Virus record (IMG/VR): IMGVR_UViG_3300042519_004024
Span: 1-64,000 of that record
DNA: 64,000 nucleotides
Strand: one strand, 5' to 3'
Part shown: one piece after another, positions 8,570 to 17,366 of the stretch
Numbering within the stretch: the stretch's first letter is position 1
How the letters are laid out: each line of letters starts with the position of its first letter
Notes under the pieces: model-generated
What the model saw: the letters and a program-made list of their open reading frames with translations, nothing else
Databases searched by the model: none
Told to the model about the DNA's origin: nothing
Position numbers and translations under genes: made by a program

Positions 8570-9270
8570 TTCCAATATGTGTTATCGTCTGAAAAGAATT
8601 GTTTATTGTTTCTATTCAAAAATGATTTAATCATTAACCTCATCATATACATTACCCCCTTGTTATCAAATCTTCTTGGTGGCGTGAATACTGTGGTGTT
8701 TATTATTTTAAATCTATTTGGTTTAATTTGTTTTGATAGTAGGTAATCCTCTGCAACCTTCGCTTCTTCGTCAAATCCCCCTAATTCGTTAAATGTGTTC
8801 ATTTTAAATAACATAAACCCACCTAAACAAAATGGTGATATGAACTTGGATATCTTCTGTATAAAATCAAACGTTCTAAACACATAGTTATATTTCCCGT
8901 TTGTTGTTCTTATCTTCGTTGTAAGTAAATCAATTCCTCCATATAACATCATTCTTGTTACTGTATTTAAAAGTGTCGGATCAAGTAAATACATATCCGA
9001 ATCAATAAATAAAACGTATGGTGTTTTTACGTATCTTGCTCCGTTGTTTCTTGCCTTTGCTGGTAGTCCCCCTTCTATTATTTTTAAATCAAACTTATCG
9101 TTTGTTCTTGATTCCAATTGATATGTGGTTTCATCGGTGGATGAATCTGAAATAATAACTTTTACGTTATCTATGTTATCTTGGAAATTTAATAGGGATA
9201 GTGTGGAGTCTATTGTTTTTGATTCGTTTTTACACGGAATGACTATTGTTAAAAATTTAGATAGTTCCAT
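8566..9270 (-). CDS. glycosyltransferase family 2
   Basis: IVIPCKNE, DSSTDET, PAKARNNGA, FIDSD (DxD), AEDY. Confidence 0.9.
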   Translation of the reverse strand: MELSKFLTIVIPCKNESKTIDSTLSLLNFQDNIDNVKVIISDSSTDETTYQLESRTNDKFDLKIIEGGLPAKARNNGARYVKTPYVLFIDSDMYLLDPTLLNTVTRMMLYGGIDLLTTKIRTTNGKYNYVFRTFDFIQKISKFISPFCLGGFMLFKMNTFNELGGFDEEAKVAEDYLLSKQIKPNRFKIINTTVFTPPRRFDNKGVMYMMRLMIKSFLNRNNKQFFSDDNTYWK

Positions 9271-9347
9271 ATAATATAACTATCTTTGTAATTGGGTATT
9301 TGGTATTAACAAATCGTTAATAAATTATTTAGTCTTATACTCTTTTA

Positions 9348-9788
9348 TTACATCTCATTTTTGATATAATAATTAATAACCATATTAAATATATCCTTTA
9401 ACACACGACTTGTTAATATGTCATAATTTATATATGCCTCATCTGCCGATTCTTCATCATATCCATAATAATAAAATACAGCAACATCATGTGGGTATAA
9501 CATTTCTATTTGTGTTAATAGATCATCTTCATCCGTTAAAACTAATGGGTTTTCATTCATCTCTATAAAAGTTAGATACTCTTCTTCTGTAGTAAGTACG
9601 ATCTCTTTAATTAATTTAATCTTAATGTCATCTGTAAAATATTCTTTACCTAAAAGATAAATTAGTTCTTTTAACCCCCCGACTAATCTGGATGTATCTA
9701 ATATACCATTATCTTTAATTTGATTAATTAAAAATTGGTTTAGGTTTTCCTCCCTTAATACTTTTCTGATATGTTCTTGTAGGTTCAT
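9348..9788 (-). CDS. leader-bearing protein (MNLQE class) with 'LVGG' module
   Basis: MNLQEHIRKVLREE...GILDTSRLVGGLKEL. Confidence 0.8.
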   Translation of the reverse strand: MNLQEHIRKVLREENLNQFLINQIKDNGILDTSRLVGGLKELIYLLGKEYFTDDIKIKLIKEIVLTTEEEYLTFIEMNENPLVLTDEDDLLTQIEMLYPHDVAVFYYYGYDEESADEAYINYDILTSRVLKDIFNMVINYYIKNEM

Positions 9789-10451
9789 TTAAGTTAATTT
9801 TGTTATAATTTCATCAACAAGTTCTTCTGTTGTTTTTCTTTGTCCGTTTTCAGTGAAAGGATTTATATTTTGTTTACCCATATAAAATTCCCTTACACTG
9901 TTAATTGATTGTTGTATATCATCATCTTTGATTCCATCCTCTAAATTAGGTTGTCCCATCTTTTCCGCTCTGTCTTTTCTAGTTTGTTTTAGGAATTGGA
10001 TGTATGGTTTATCGTTTTCAGGTGAAAAAGGTAAACCAAAAACAAATAAGTTTGGTAGAGTATCTAATAGATCAGAATTTTTTATACTATCCCCACCAAT
10101 ATCCAAAACTACTTTGGTGTCACCATATTTTTGTAACAATTTAGTAAGAACACATCTCTTGTATTCATCATTTGTTGACCCATAATTATGTCCGTCTTCA
10201 GTTCTTGTAATATTAACTTCTACACCAGGTTCTCCCTTACATAATTCTTCATATTCTATACTACCTTCCATTTCATCAACATCTATATGAGGTATTCCCA
10301 ATTTTTCAGCAACCGCTTTAGCAGTTGTTGATTTACCAGCACCTGCCGTTCCAACAAATACAATAGGTTTGCTTTCGTAAACCCTTTGTTCTTCCTCAAT
10401 GATTAACCCCATCATTGATTTCATTCTTGATATGTGCTCTTGTAGGTTCAT
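9789..10451 (-). CDS. leader-fused P-loop kinase (shikimate/nucleotide kinase-like)
   Basis: MNLQEHISRMKSMM leader; Walker A GTAGAGKS followed by HIDVD. Confidence 0.75.
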   Translation of the reverse strand: MNLQEHISRMKSMMGLIIEEEQRVYESKPIVFVGTAGAGKSTTAKAVAEKLGIPHIDVDEMEGSIEYEELCKGEPGVEVNITRTEDGHNYGSTNDEYKRCVLTKLLQKYGDTKVVLDIGGDSIKNSDLLDTLPNLFVFGLPFSPENDKPYIQFLKQTRKDRAEKMGQPNLEDGIKDDDIQQSINSVREFYMGKQNINPFTENGQRKTTEELVDEIITKLT

Positions 10452-10454
10452 ACT

Positions 10455-11252
10455 CTATAAATCTTTAACGTACCCATCAATACCATTTTCGTTTATAAAC
10501 TCTTTAAAATAAATTTGTTTTGTACTACCTATTCCTTTAGTGACAAATTCACCTTCATCATACATCTCACCGAACTTATCATTAACCCATTTTAATACAA
10601 CATCTATAAGTCTTTTCTCATCATCTTTAAAATTATTTAAATTATACCATCTAAATAATAAACCTTCATTCTCATACGAGTCTTTTATATTTTGATCGGT
10701 AGTTGTATCAACATAATTTTTAATAAATTTACTAATTGGAAGTATGTGTCCCGCCGTAGAGAAAAATATATTTCTATCACTATTTAATAAGTTATATTCG
10801 GTGGCTAAAATACAAATATTCACACCTTGAGTTGTATAACCAACCATAGTATATTTATTTAACAAGGTTGCCTTTTCTTCATCCTCGTCATCCCCTCTCA
10901 TTCTTCTCATAGTCTTAAATAACTTAAGAAATTCAGGTGATCTTTCTATTTGTTTGGATCCTCGGACATAATATGAATTTTTAAAAAGCTCATTTAAATA
11001 GTTATATATTAATTTATTTAATAAACTTTCATAATCAATTTCTCCCGATTCTTCTTTTGCCACTTCAGGTTCATAATTAAAATCTTGTTCATTTCCTCCT
11101 GAATTTAAATGGGTGTTATATGCATCCATTTTATCTTTATCTTCTTTAGATAATTCTTCTCCTCGTCCAATCTTATCTAAGATATCGTCAATGTTTTCAT
11201 TAACTAATCCCATCATTGATTGTATTCTATTTATTTGTTCTTGTAAATTCAT
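10455..11252 (-). CDS. leader-bearing protein
   Basis: start moved to MNLQEQINRIQSMMGLVNE (ATGA overlap). Confidence 0.8.
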   Translation of the reverse strand: MNLQEQINRIQSMMGLVNENIDDILDKIGRGEELSKEDKDKMDAYNTHLNSGGNEQDFNYEPEVAKEESGEIDYESLLNKLIYNYLNELFKNSYYVRGSKQIERSPEFLKLFKTMRRMRGDDEDEEKATLLNKYTMVGYTTQGVNICILATEYNLLNSDRNIFFSTAGHILPISKFIKNYVDTTTDQNIKDSYENEGLLFRWYNLNNFKDDEKRLIDVVLKWVNDKFGEMYDEGEFVTKGIGSTKQIYFKEFINENGIDGYVKDL

Positions 11253-12022
11253 TTTGTTATATCTATATACCAAACTTTTATTGGTTCTATCCCCATCTGT
11301 AATGCTGTTGATGTTCTTTTGAATCCACCAATTAAAACATAATCATTACCTTCTTTTTGTGTGAAGTATTTTACAACAAATGCTGGTGGTAGTTTTCTTT
11401 CTTCACCCCTTCTTGCGTAATCTCTATAATCATCTATGTTTTTTGCCAATCTTCTTGGGTCTTCTTCATCTGAATCTTTTAGTCGTTGTGATACTCTTGA
11501 CGATACGCCTTTTTCTGGTGATTTATTCCATAAGAAATCTGTTATTTTTCCCATATAATCTGTGTTGTCCACATTGTCAACATATTCACCGGTTTCTGGA
11601 TCTATCCCTTTCCATACTTTCATTTCACCAAGACCAAAGAATTTATACCCTTCTTCTATACATTGTTGGTCATTCATCAATATATCTTTTAATTCATTCC
11701 ATCTTTTTTCTTCTTTTAAAAGAGATATCATATTTTGATTTAAAAGTATGTCCTTAATTTCACCTTCACTTTCTACTTCTTCACCTTTGGCAAATTCAGC
11801 AATTGTTTTAAATGTGTGTGGCATAATACGATAAACAGTATCGTAGTTGTCGGGATTAAAAAACTCTTGTTCTGTAAACCTACCAGGGTTTCCTAGTAAC
11901 TCACTTAATTCTTGTGTAAAATATTCCTTTGTTGGGTATTCCCATTCAACTTTGTATGGGTTTGATACTTCATTTAATCCCATCATTGACTGTATTCTTG
12001 ATATTTGTTCTTGTAAGTTCAT
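11249..12022 (-). CDS. leader-fused protein with C-terminal ParB/sulfiredoxin-like domain
   Basis: LPPAFVVK...YVLIGGFKRTSTALQMGIEPIKV resembles the ParB/Srx GxxR motif. Confidence 0.6.
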   Translation of the reverse strand: MNLQEQISRIQSMMGLNEVSNPYKVEWEYPTKEYFTQELSELLGNPGRFTEQEFFNPDNYDTVYRIMPHTFKTIAEFAKGEEVESEGEIKDILLNQNMISLLKEEKRWNELKDILMNDQQCIEEGYKFFGLGEMKVWKGIDPETGEYVDNVDNTDYMGKITDFLWNKSPEKGVSSRVSQRLKDSDEEDPRRLAKNIDDYRDYARRGEERKLPPAFVVKYFTQKEGNDYVLIGGFKRTSTALQMGIEPIKVWYIDITK

Positions 12023-12023
12023 A

Positions 12024-12797
12024 TTATTTAGACTCAGGTAATTTCATATCCTTTATAAATTTATCGTGAGACTTTTTATAAGATTTCTGTGACTCATCAT
12101 TTGAATCTTTAGTGTATTGCCAATTCCAATAAAGTTTGTTGTTAGGTTTGAACCCATAATACTCATGACTTTCTTTTTGTGTTTCAGTAACATTCTCACC
12201 ATTCCAATTTTGTCCAACACAAATAAATCCTGATTCAATATCTTTAATTAAATTAGACTCACCTAAGGTTGAGTGTCTATTTTGAATCCATGTAAGTCTT
12301 TCCATTAAGTTTTGGTAATACATATTTGCTTGTCCCCATCTTACAGATGAAAAGAATACCACCGCATCTGATTCAAATAATTCTTTACTAACCTTCCATA
12401 GTTCATCTGATGGTTCATTAATATTTACCCAACATCTATGATGTCCTGTGGGGTTCTTTTTCTTGTCTTTAAGAGCCGCTTTTAATAATCCACAAGAGTT
12501 TCCATCAGCTCTTGATACATTACCCTCACATGGTAATATTTTAAGTTCTGTGATATCCATATAAGTTGCCTTGTTACCCAATTCTTCTTTAATGTGTAAT
12601 GCCAACAATCTTGATTTAGGAATGTCCATATTATTCTCATCCCAATTATATCTATTGGAACAACTTAGTAATAAAACTTTCTTTTTATTTTTAAGTATTT
12701 TAATTGTTTCTTCTAATACTTTCCATCCGTCAGATTGTACCATCTCTTCGGATAACATTATTGATTTCATTCTTGATATTTGTTCTTGTAGATTCAT
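12024..12797 (-). CDS. leader-fused flavodoxin-fold NAD(P)H:FMN reductase / iron-sulfur flavoprotein-like protein
   Basis: KVLLLSCSNR, ILPCEG..C..C, DAVVFFSSVRWG, LMERL. Confidence 0.8.
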   Translation of the reverse strand: MNLQEQISRMKSIMLSEEMVQSDGWKVLEETIKILKNKKKVLLLSCSNRYNWDENNMDIPKSRLLALHIKEELGNKATYMDITELKILPCEGNVSRADGNSCGLLKAALKDKKKNPTGHHRCWVNINEPSDELWKVSKELFESDAVVFFSSVRWGQANMYYQNLMERLTWIQNRHSTLGESNLIKDIESGFICVGQNWNGENVTETQKESHEYYGFKPNNKLYWNWQYTKDSNDESQKSYKKSHDKFIKDMKLPESK

Positions 12798-13288
12798 TAT
12801 TTTTTCTTTTTAACACAATTAGGGTATTGTTTACCAAACATTGTTTTCATTCCTTTTTGAGTATATCCTTTCCAACACTTTTCTGTTAACTCACCTTCTT
12901 TCATTTCAATTTCAGAAGAATCTGTATCAAAAATTATATCACCTATTACATCTAATGTTTTTTTGTTTGTGGCGTTTTTAATTACCTTCGGGGCTTTTCC
13001 TTCATCGTATGCTTCTTTCCATCTTTTTGCACATAAACACCATCTATCTCCGCTTTTTAACATAGATAAATCATTTCCTTTTGATTTTGTAAACTCAAGG
13101 AATTCATCATCCACTTCACTACAAACCGTGTGTGTACCTCCATCTGTACTATCTGTCTTGCAATAACCATCCCTGAAATAACCTGTAATTGGATTTTTCC
13201 CGCATATTTGTAATGGTTTATCTAATATATTCATATCAGATATATCCATCATTGATTTCATTCTTGATAATTGTTCTTGTAGGTTCAT
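12797..13288 (-). CDS. leader-fused DUF2237-family protein with C-terminal Cys mini-module
   Basis: PITGYFRDGYC, HTVC, GND, GDRWCLCAKRW; tail CWKGY...PNCV; TATTTAT 4 nt upstream. Confidence 0.8.
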   Translation of the reverse strand: MNLQEQLSRMKSMMDISDMNILDKPLQICGKNPITGYFRDGYCKTDSTDGGTHTVCSEVDDEFLEFTKSKGNDLSMLKSGDRWCLCAKRWKEAYDEGKAPKVIKNATNKKTLDVIGDIIFDTDSSEIEMKEGELTEKCWKGYTQKGMKTMFGKQYPNCVKKKK

Positions 13289-13310
13289 AGTAATAAATAC
13301 TATAAAAATA

Positions 13311-13337
13311 AAAAACCCCACCTATAATGGATGGGGA
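13311..13337 (-). terminator. intrinsic terminator
   Basis: CCCCA/TGGGG stem plus T-run after the nitroreductase. Confidence 0.65.
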
Positions 13338-13343
13338 CTTTTA

Positions 13344-13973
13344 TTATTTTTTAATGAAGAACTTTTCGTTATCCCACCTTACTTTCTTTAGTGACGCAAG
13401 ATAATCATTTTCACCATCTCTATATCCTAATGGTAGAAGTGCTACTGACATTAAACCTAATTCTTGTAATCCTAAGATTCTATCTACCGCAGCAGGATTG
13501 AATCCTTCCATTGGTGTTGAATCCACTTCCTCTGTTGCTGCCGCCACTAAAGCAAATCCTAAACCAATATATGCTTGTCTTTGTGCCCATGTAACTTTTT
13601 GTTCATGTTCCATATTAGATAGTGAACCCTTAACCATATCACCTAATCCATTTAACGATTCTACAGGGATTTCTCTTTGTCTTGCAATCTCATTCATATA
13701 AATGTCTACCGCATCGTCTGATACGTCGTCCCATGTAGCAAACACAAGTACTGCCGATGAGTCTGCTAATTGTGATTGTCCGTAAGCGGCTCCTTGTAGT
13801 TCTTCTTTTAATTTCTGATCCTCTACAACAATAACATTGTATGGTGTAAGTCCGTATGAGCTCGGTGCAAGTCTTGTGACTTCTAAGATTCTTTCTAATT
13901 TATCCTGTGGGATTTTCTCCCCATTCATTTTCTTGGTGGCATATCTCCACTCTAATGATTTTAATAGTTCCAT
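13344..13973 (-). CDS. nitroreductase family NAD(P)H-dependent oxidoreductase
   Basis: WRYATKK, LAPSSYGL.P, AAYGQ.Q, STPMEGF; no leader. Confidence 0.9.
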   Translation of the reverse strand: MELLKSLEWRYATKKMNGEKIPQDKLERILEVTRLAPSSYGLTPYNVIVVEDQKLKEELQGAAYGQSQLADSSAVLVFATWDDVSDDAVDIYMNEIARQREIPVESLNGLGDMVKGSLSNMEHEQKVTWAQRQAYIGLGFALVAAATEEVDSTPMEGFNPAAVDRILGLQELGLMSVALLPLGYRDGENDYLASLKKVRWDNEKFFIKK

Positions 13974-14075
13974 AATTATTTTTGTTTTACTCTCAATTAT
14001 AGAACTTTTAAATTTTATTGTAAACAAAAAATAGGGTTATTTACCCCCATCGATATTTGTTTTTGTATATTCATA

Positions 14076-14534
14076 TTATATAATTATTAAATCCCAAGCT
14101 TTACACCCATACTTATCGTTTATTAAATTTAAAAGACTTTCTTTCCAATTCATTTGTGGACCAAAGTAGTTTTCAATATCTTCGGCAAAGTCCTGATAAA
14201 ATACAATTACATTAAAACGTGGATCTTTAACATCAGGGAAATCATAACAAGGTTCAGGTAATTCATCTCTTAATTCTTTAGGGTAATCCCCATCATCATC
14301 GTATTTAGTATCATCAACCAATTTAAATATATAATCTTCATAATGATGTGTCGGTAAAACAAACCCGATAGCATATGGATCACAACATACCCCCATACCA
14401 CAGTTATAGTTTGCCCAATCGTAGTACATATCATCAAACCCATCAAACAACATATTAAGTAGGTTGTGTAGTACGGGTTTAATGTTTGTTTCTTCCCTTA
14501 ATACTTTTTTTATGTGTTCTTTTTTACTTCTCAT
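14076..14534 (-). CDS. protein with degenerate leader
   Basis: MRSKKEHIKKVLREE; start overlaps the 3' end of 14524..14826. Confidence 0.7.
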   Translation of the reverse strand: MRSKKEHIKKVLREETNIKPVLHNLLNMLFDGFDDMYYDWANYNCGMGVCCDPYAIGFVLPTHHYEDYIFKLVDDTKYDDDGDYPKELRDELPEPCYDFPDVKDPRFNVIVFYQDFAEDIENYFGPQMNWKESLLNLINDKYGCKAWDLIII

Positions 14535-14826
14535 CACAATTTGTGTTTGTTATAATAGCAAATAAGGATACAGGTATATATGCTTTTAAAGAAACTTCCA
14601 ATTTTTCATTTAAATAATTACCTGAATCCCCATTATATAGTACAAGTATTATATATGTATTTTCCACATACACAGCAACTACATCACATACATTTTCCTC
14701 ACCAAGATAACTTATTGTGAGTTCCTCCAAAAGATCAGAAAATTTACCTTTATTTACAGTTTCTTTTTTAAACTTCTTTATGGTTTCTTCCCTTAATACT
14801 TTTATTATGTGTTCTTGTAGGTTCAT
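14524..14826 (-). CDS. leader-bearing single-module protein (VCD..YIP..C module)
   Basis: MNLQEHIIKVLREE; body resembles the repeats in 17367..19274. Confidence 0.8.
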   Translation of the reverse strand: MNLQEHIIKVLREETIKKFKKETVNKGKFSDLLEELTISYLGEENVCDVVAVYVENTYIILVLYNGDSGNYLNEKLEVSLKAYIPVSLFAIITNTNCDEK

Positions 14827-15422
14827 TGCTGTAATTGGTTTTTAACCGTATTATAAAAATATTCACTAACTTTTTTTGGTGAGTCAATATTTTTTCCTTT
14901 CATGTCTCTTTTATAATGACTAATCATCATTGATATTTGTTGTAATGAAATATTTTTGTACATTTGTGGTGGTGTAAATGAACCAATTAGTCCCATCTTT
15001 TGAAGTTGTCTGATTTTCCTTGCCGCGAATTCATCTGCAACTTCCTCTGTATTTTTCATAAACTCAGCGGCATGTCTTTCTGAAACATCACCCAAATAAC
15101 AACGATACATAAGTTCTTCACCATACTTTTTAAATTGATATTGGTGCGCAACTTCGTGAAGTATAACAAACAACAAAAATGGTAATGGTCTATTAAGTAC
15201 TGTTGAATTAATTAAAACCCCAGTTTCTAATGCGATACCTAATGCTGGTACACTAAAACTTGAGAAGTTTATTCTTTTACAGTTTGATTCTTCAATAAAC
15301 TTTTTTACGAATTCTTTTAGTTCATCTGACATATCATGTGTATTTGATAATTCATCTAAGAATACATCAATACCTTCTGTCTCTTCCTTTAATATTCTTC
15401 TTATATGTTCTTGTAAATTCAT
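14823..15422 (-). CDS. leader-fused HExxH zinc metallopeptidase (ImmA/IrrE-like)
   Basis: FVILHEVAHQY and EEVADEFA. Confidence 0.7.
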   Translation of the reverse strand: MNLQEHIRRILKEETEGIDVFLDELSNTHDMSDELKEFVKKFIEESNCKRINFSSFSVPALGIALETGVLINSTVLNRPLPFLLFVILHEVAHQYQFKKYGEELMYRCYLGDVSERHAAEFMKNTEEVADEFAARKIRQLQKMGLIGSFTPPQMYKNISLQQISMMISHYKRDMKGKNIDSPKKVSEYFYNTVKNQLQQ

Positions 15423-15423
15423 A

Positions 15424-15792
15424 TTAATATGTAACGTGTTCTGCTTCTGTATCAAACTCACTATTAAACCAATCTATAACATACGTTGCTGCGTCTTCAC
15501 CTAAATAATTTTCAAGCGTTTTATATATTTCTGGATTCATATGTAGTTCTCTTTTTGTAGGGGTATACGACGCATATATATGATCGGTTTTATTATCAAA
15601 ACATTCATATAAAAAACTATCCCAAAACAATGGTCGTCTTTCTTTTAAGTGTGCACCATCTTTATTAAAGTTTGGATAAAGTGCCTTTAATATTGAATCA
15701 ACGGCACTAATGTTTTTAATTATTTGGTTACTGTAGTCTTCCTGTGGAAACTCCTCGATTAATACTTTTCTTATATGTTCTTGTAGATTCAT
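15424..15792 (-). CDS. leader-bearing protein
   Basis: MNLQEHIRKVLIEE; TATTTAT 7 nt upstream. Confidence 0.8.
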   Translation of the reverse strand: MNLQEHIRKVLIEEFPQEDYSNQIIKNISAVDSILKALYPNFNKDGAHLKERRPLFWDSFLYECFDNKTDHIYASYTPTKRELHMNPEIYKTLENYLGEDAATYVIDWFNSEFDTEAEHVTY

Positions 15793-15837
15793 ATTATAGA
15801 TAAATATATCCCTAACACAATTATGTTGTTGTGTAGG

Positions 15838-16251
15838 TTATATTATATGACAACCGTTAGCCCAATTACTTACTTCACTTGTTATGGGTATACCAACATT
15901 ATTAAATGAAGAACTTCTATGTATATTAACATATGTATCCGCATTGTTTGCCATATCTATACCACCATATAAATCTTTATAGTAATCTGATGATTTTATC
16001 ACAATAGTCTTTGGTTCTGGTAAATTAATTACTTCCATATAGATTTTAAACATCTTTTCAGGTAAGTAAGTTTTTAATTTTGATTCAATTGTTATTTTAT
16101 TTCTTAGTTTAACTAAATGAAAGAGACTACTAAGTGTGTCTGATTTTTTTGCATCAAAAAGTTTTGTGATATGATATACATCATCTTTTACTTCTACCTT
16201 AATATTATCGGCGTCTAATATGTCTATTATATATTTTATTATATGATCCAT
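15838..16251 (-). CDS. hypothetical protein
   Basis: start moved to MDHIIKY; TATATTTG 4 nt upstream. Confidence 0.7.
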   Translation of the reverse strand: MDHIIKYIIDILDADNIKVEVKDDVYHITKLFDAKKSDTLSSLFHLVKLRNKITIESKLKTYLPEKMFKIYMEVINLPEPKTIVIKSSDYYKDLYGGIDMANNADTYVNIHRSSSFNNVGIPITSEVSNWANGCHII

Positions 16252-16262
16252 TATACAAATAT

Positions 16263-16296
16263 AAAAAAAATCCCTCATTTATACAAATGAAGGATT
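16263..16296 (-). terminator. intrinsic terminator
   Basis: TCCCTCATTT/AAATGAAGGA stem plus T-run. Confidence 0.65.
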
Positions 16297-16330
16297 AACT
16301 ATTTTTATATATACCTAGCTGTTGTCGTTA

Positions 16331-16720
16331 TTAACCATTAAATTCGTCTTGCATTATATGGTAAATTAAAGTTACCTTTGTGTCATTGTTTAAGTTCCAA
16401 TTACAACCAATAAATAACATTTGAAGGTATCTATCATTTGTTTTAACTAATGTCCCATTTGTTTTAAATTCATAATCTTTAATTATGTTATACAGTTCAG
16501 TATCGCATCTATCAATTTCGTGTGTAAACTGCCCCATATCCGGATCTTCACATTGTGTTGATACTTCAAAATAACATTCAAACTGCTGCCATCTATCGTC
16601 ATACCTAACCTCACGAACTGAAATTTCTTTTATAATTTTTGAATTTGATTCAACAATATAACTCAAAGTCTGAAACGACTTTGTTGCATTTTCTATTAAT
16701 TTTTCTACACTATATTCCAT
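16331..16720 (-). CDS. hypothetical protein
   Basis: 129 aa ORF in operon. Confidence 0.75.
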   Translation of the reverse strand: MEYSVEKLIENATKSFQTLSYIVESNSKIIKEISVREVRYDDRWQQFECYFEVSTQCEDPDMGQFTHEIDRCDTELYNIIKDYEFKTNGTLVKTNDRYLQMLFIGCNWNLNNDTKVTLIYHIMQDEFNG

Positions 16721-16722
16721 AA

Positions 16723-17361
16723 TTATTGTCCTCTTACTCTTTTCATTTCTTCTGAACGAAGTTTATCTACATATAATTTATCAATATACCCAGGAGTTTC
16801 TTTTTCTTTTTTAATTAAATCGTTTGCTTTCCATAAAGTATTTTTAACAATAAAATCAATCATTTCATCATTTGTAACTCCTTCAGGTTTTGAAACAGGA
16901 GGAACGCAAATTTGAGTTTTTTCTGGATGTACAGAAAATTCATCTACTGTTATATCATTTCTTCCCATTTTATTTTGGATTGTTTCTAAAAATGTGTCTT
17001 CAAACCAATCTTGAATAACATATTTTAAATAGTTTTTTCTTACGGGAATGTCTGAATTTAATTCATCAAATATATCTTTAGGTATTTGTAATTCACCACT
17101 TTCAAAATCTCTTTCTTCCGTTTTTCTTTTATCATCAAAAACATTTTCATCATGGAAGAATAATATAACACTCATTATTTCTTTTCCGTCGTTACACCAT
17201 TCAAAATCATGTCTTGTTTCCCAAGATTTGTCATGATACATTTGCGCACCATCAACATAGTCGTTTAACCACCTATAGATAAGTTTATCCACACTTGGTG
17301 TTGGCTTTGAGTATTTTTTATTTACCTCCTGTAATAATATTTTTTTAATTAAGTTTTTCAT
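16723..17361 (-). CDS. leader-bearing protein
   Basis: MKNLIKKILLQE. Confidence 0.8.
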   Translation of the reverse strand: MKNLIKKILLQEVNKKYSKPTPSVDKLIYRWLNDYVDGAQMYHDKSWETRHDFEWCNDGKEIMSVILFFHDENVFDDKRKTEERDFESGELQIPKDIFDELNSDIPVRKNYLKYVIQDWFEDTFLETIQNKMGRNDITVDEFSVHPEKTQICVPPVSKPEGVTNDEMIDFIVKNTLWKANDLIKKEKETPGYIDKLYVDKLRSEEMKRVRGQ

Positions 17362-17366
17362 ATTAG

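Noticed and set aside
9348-15792. Regularly recurring repeats read as a CRISPR array or integron attC sites
   Set aside because: The repeats are in-frame coding 5' ends with synonymous variation, separated by whole genes; they have no palindromic attC structure and there is no cas or integrase gene.
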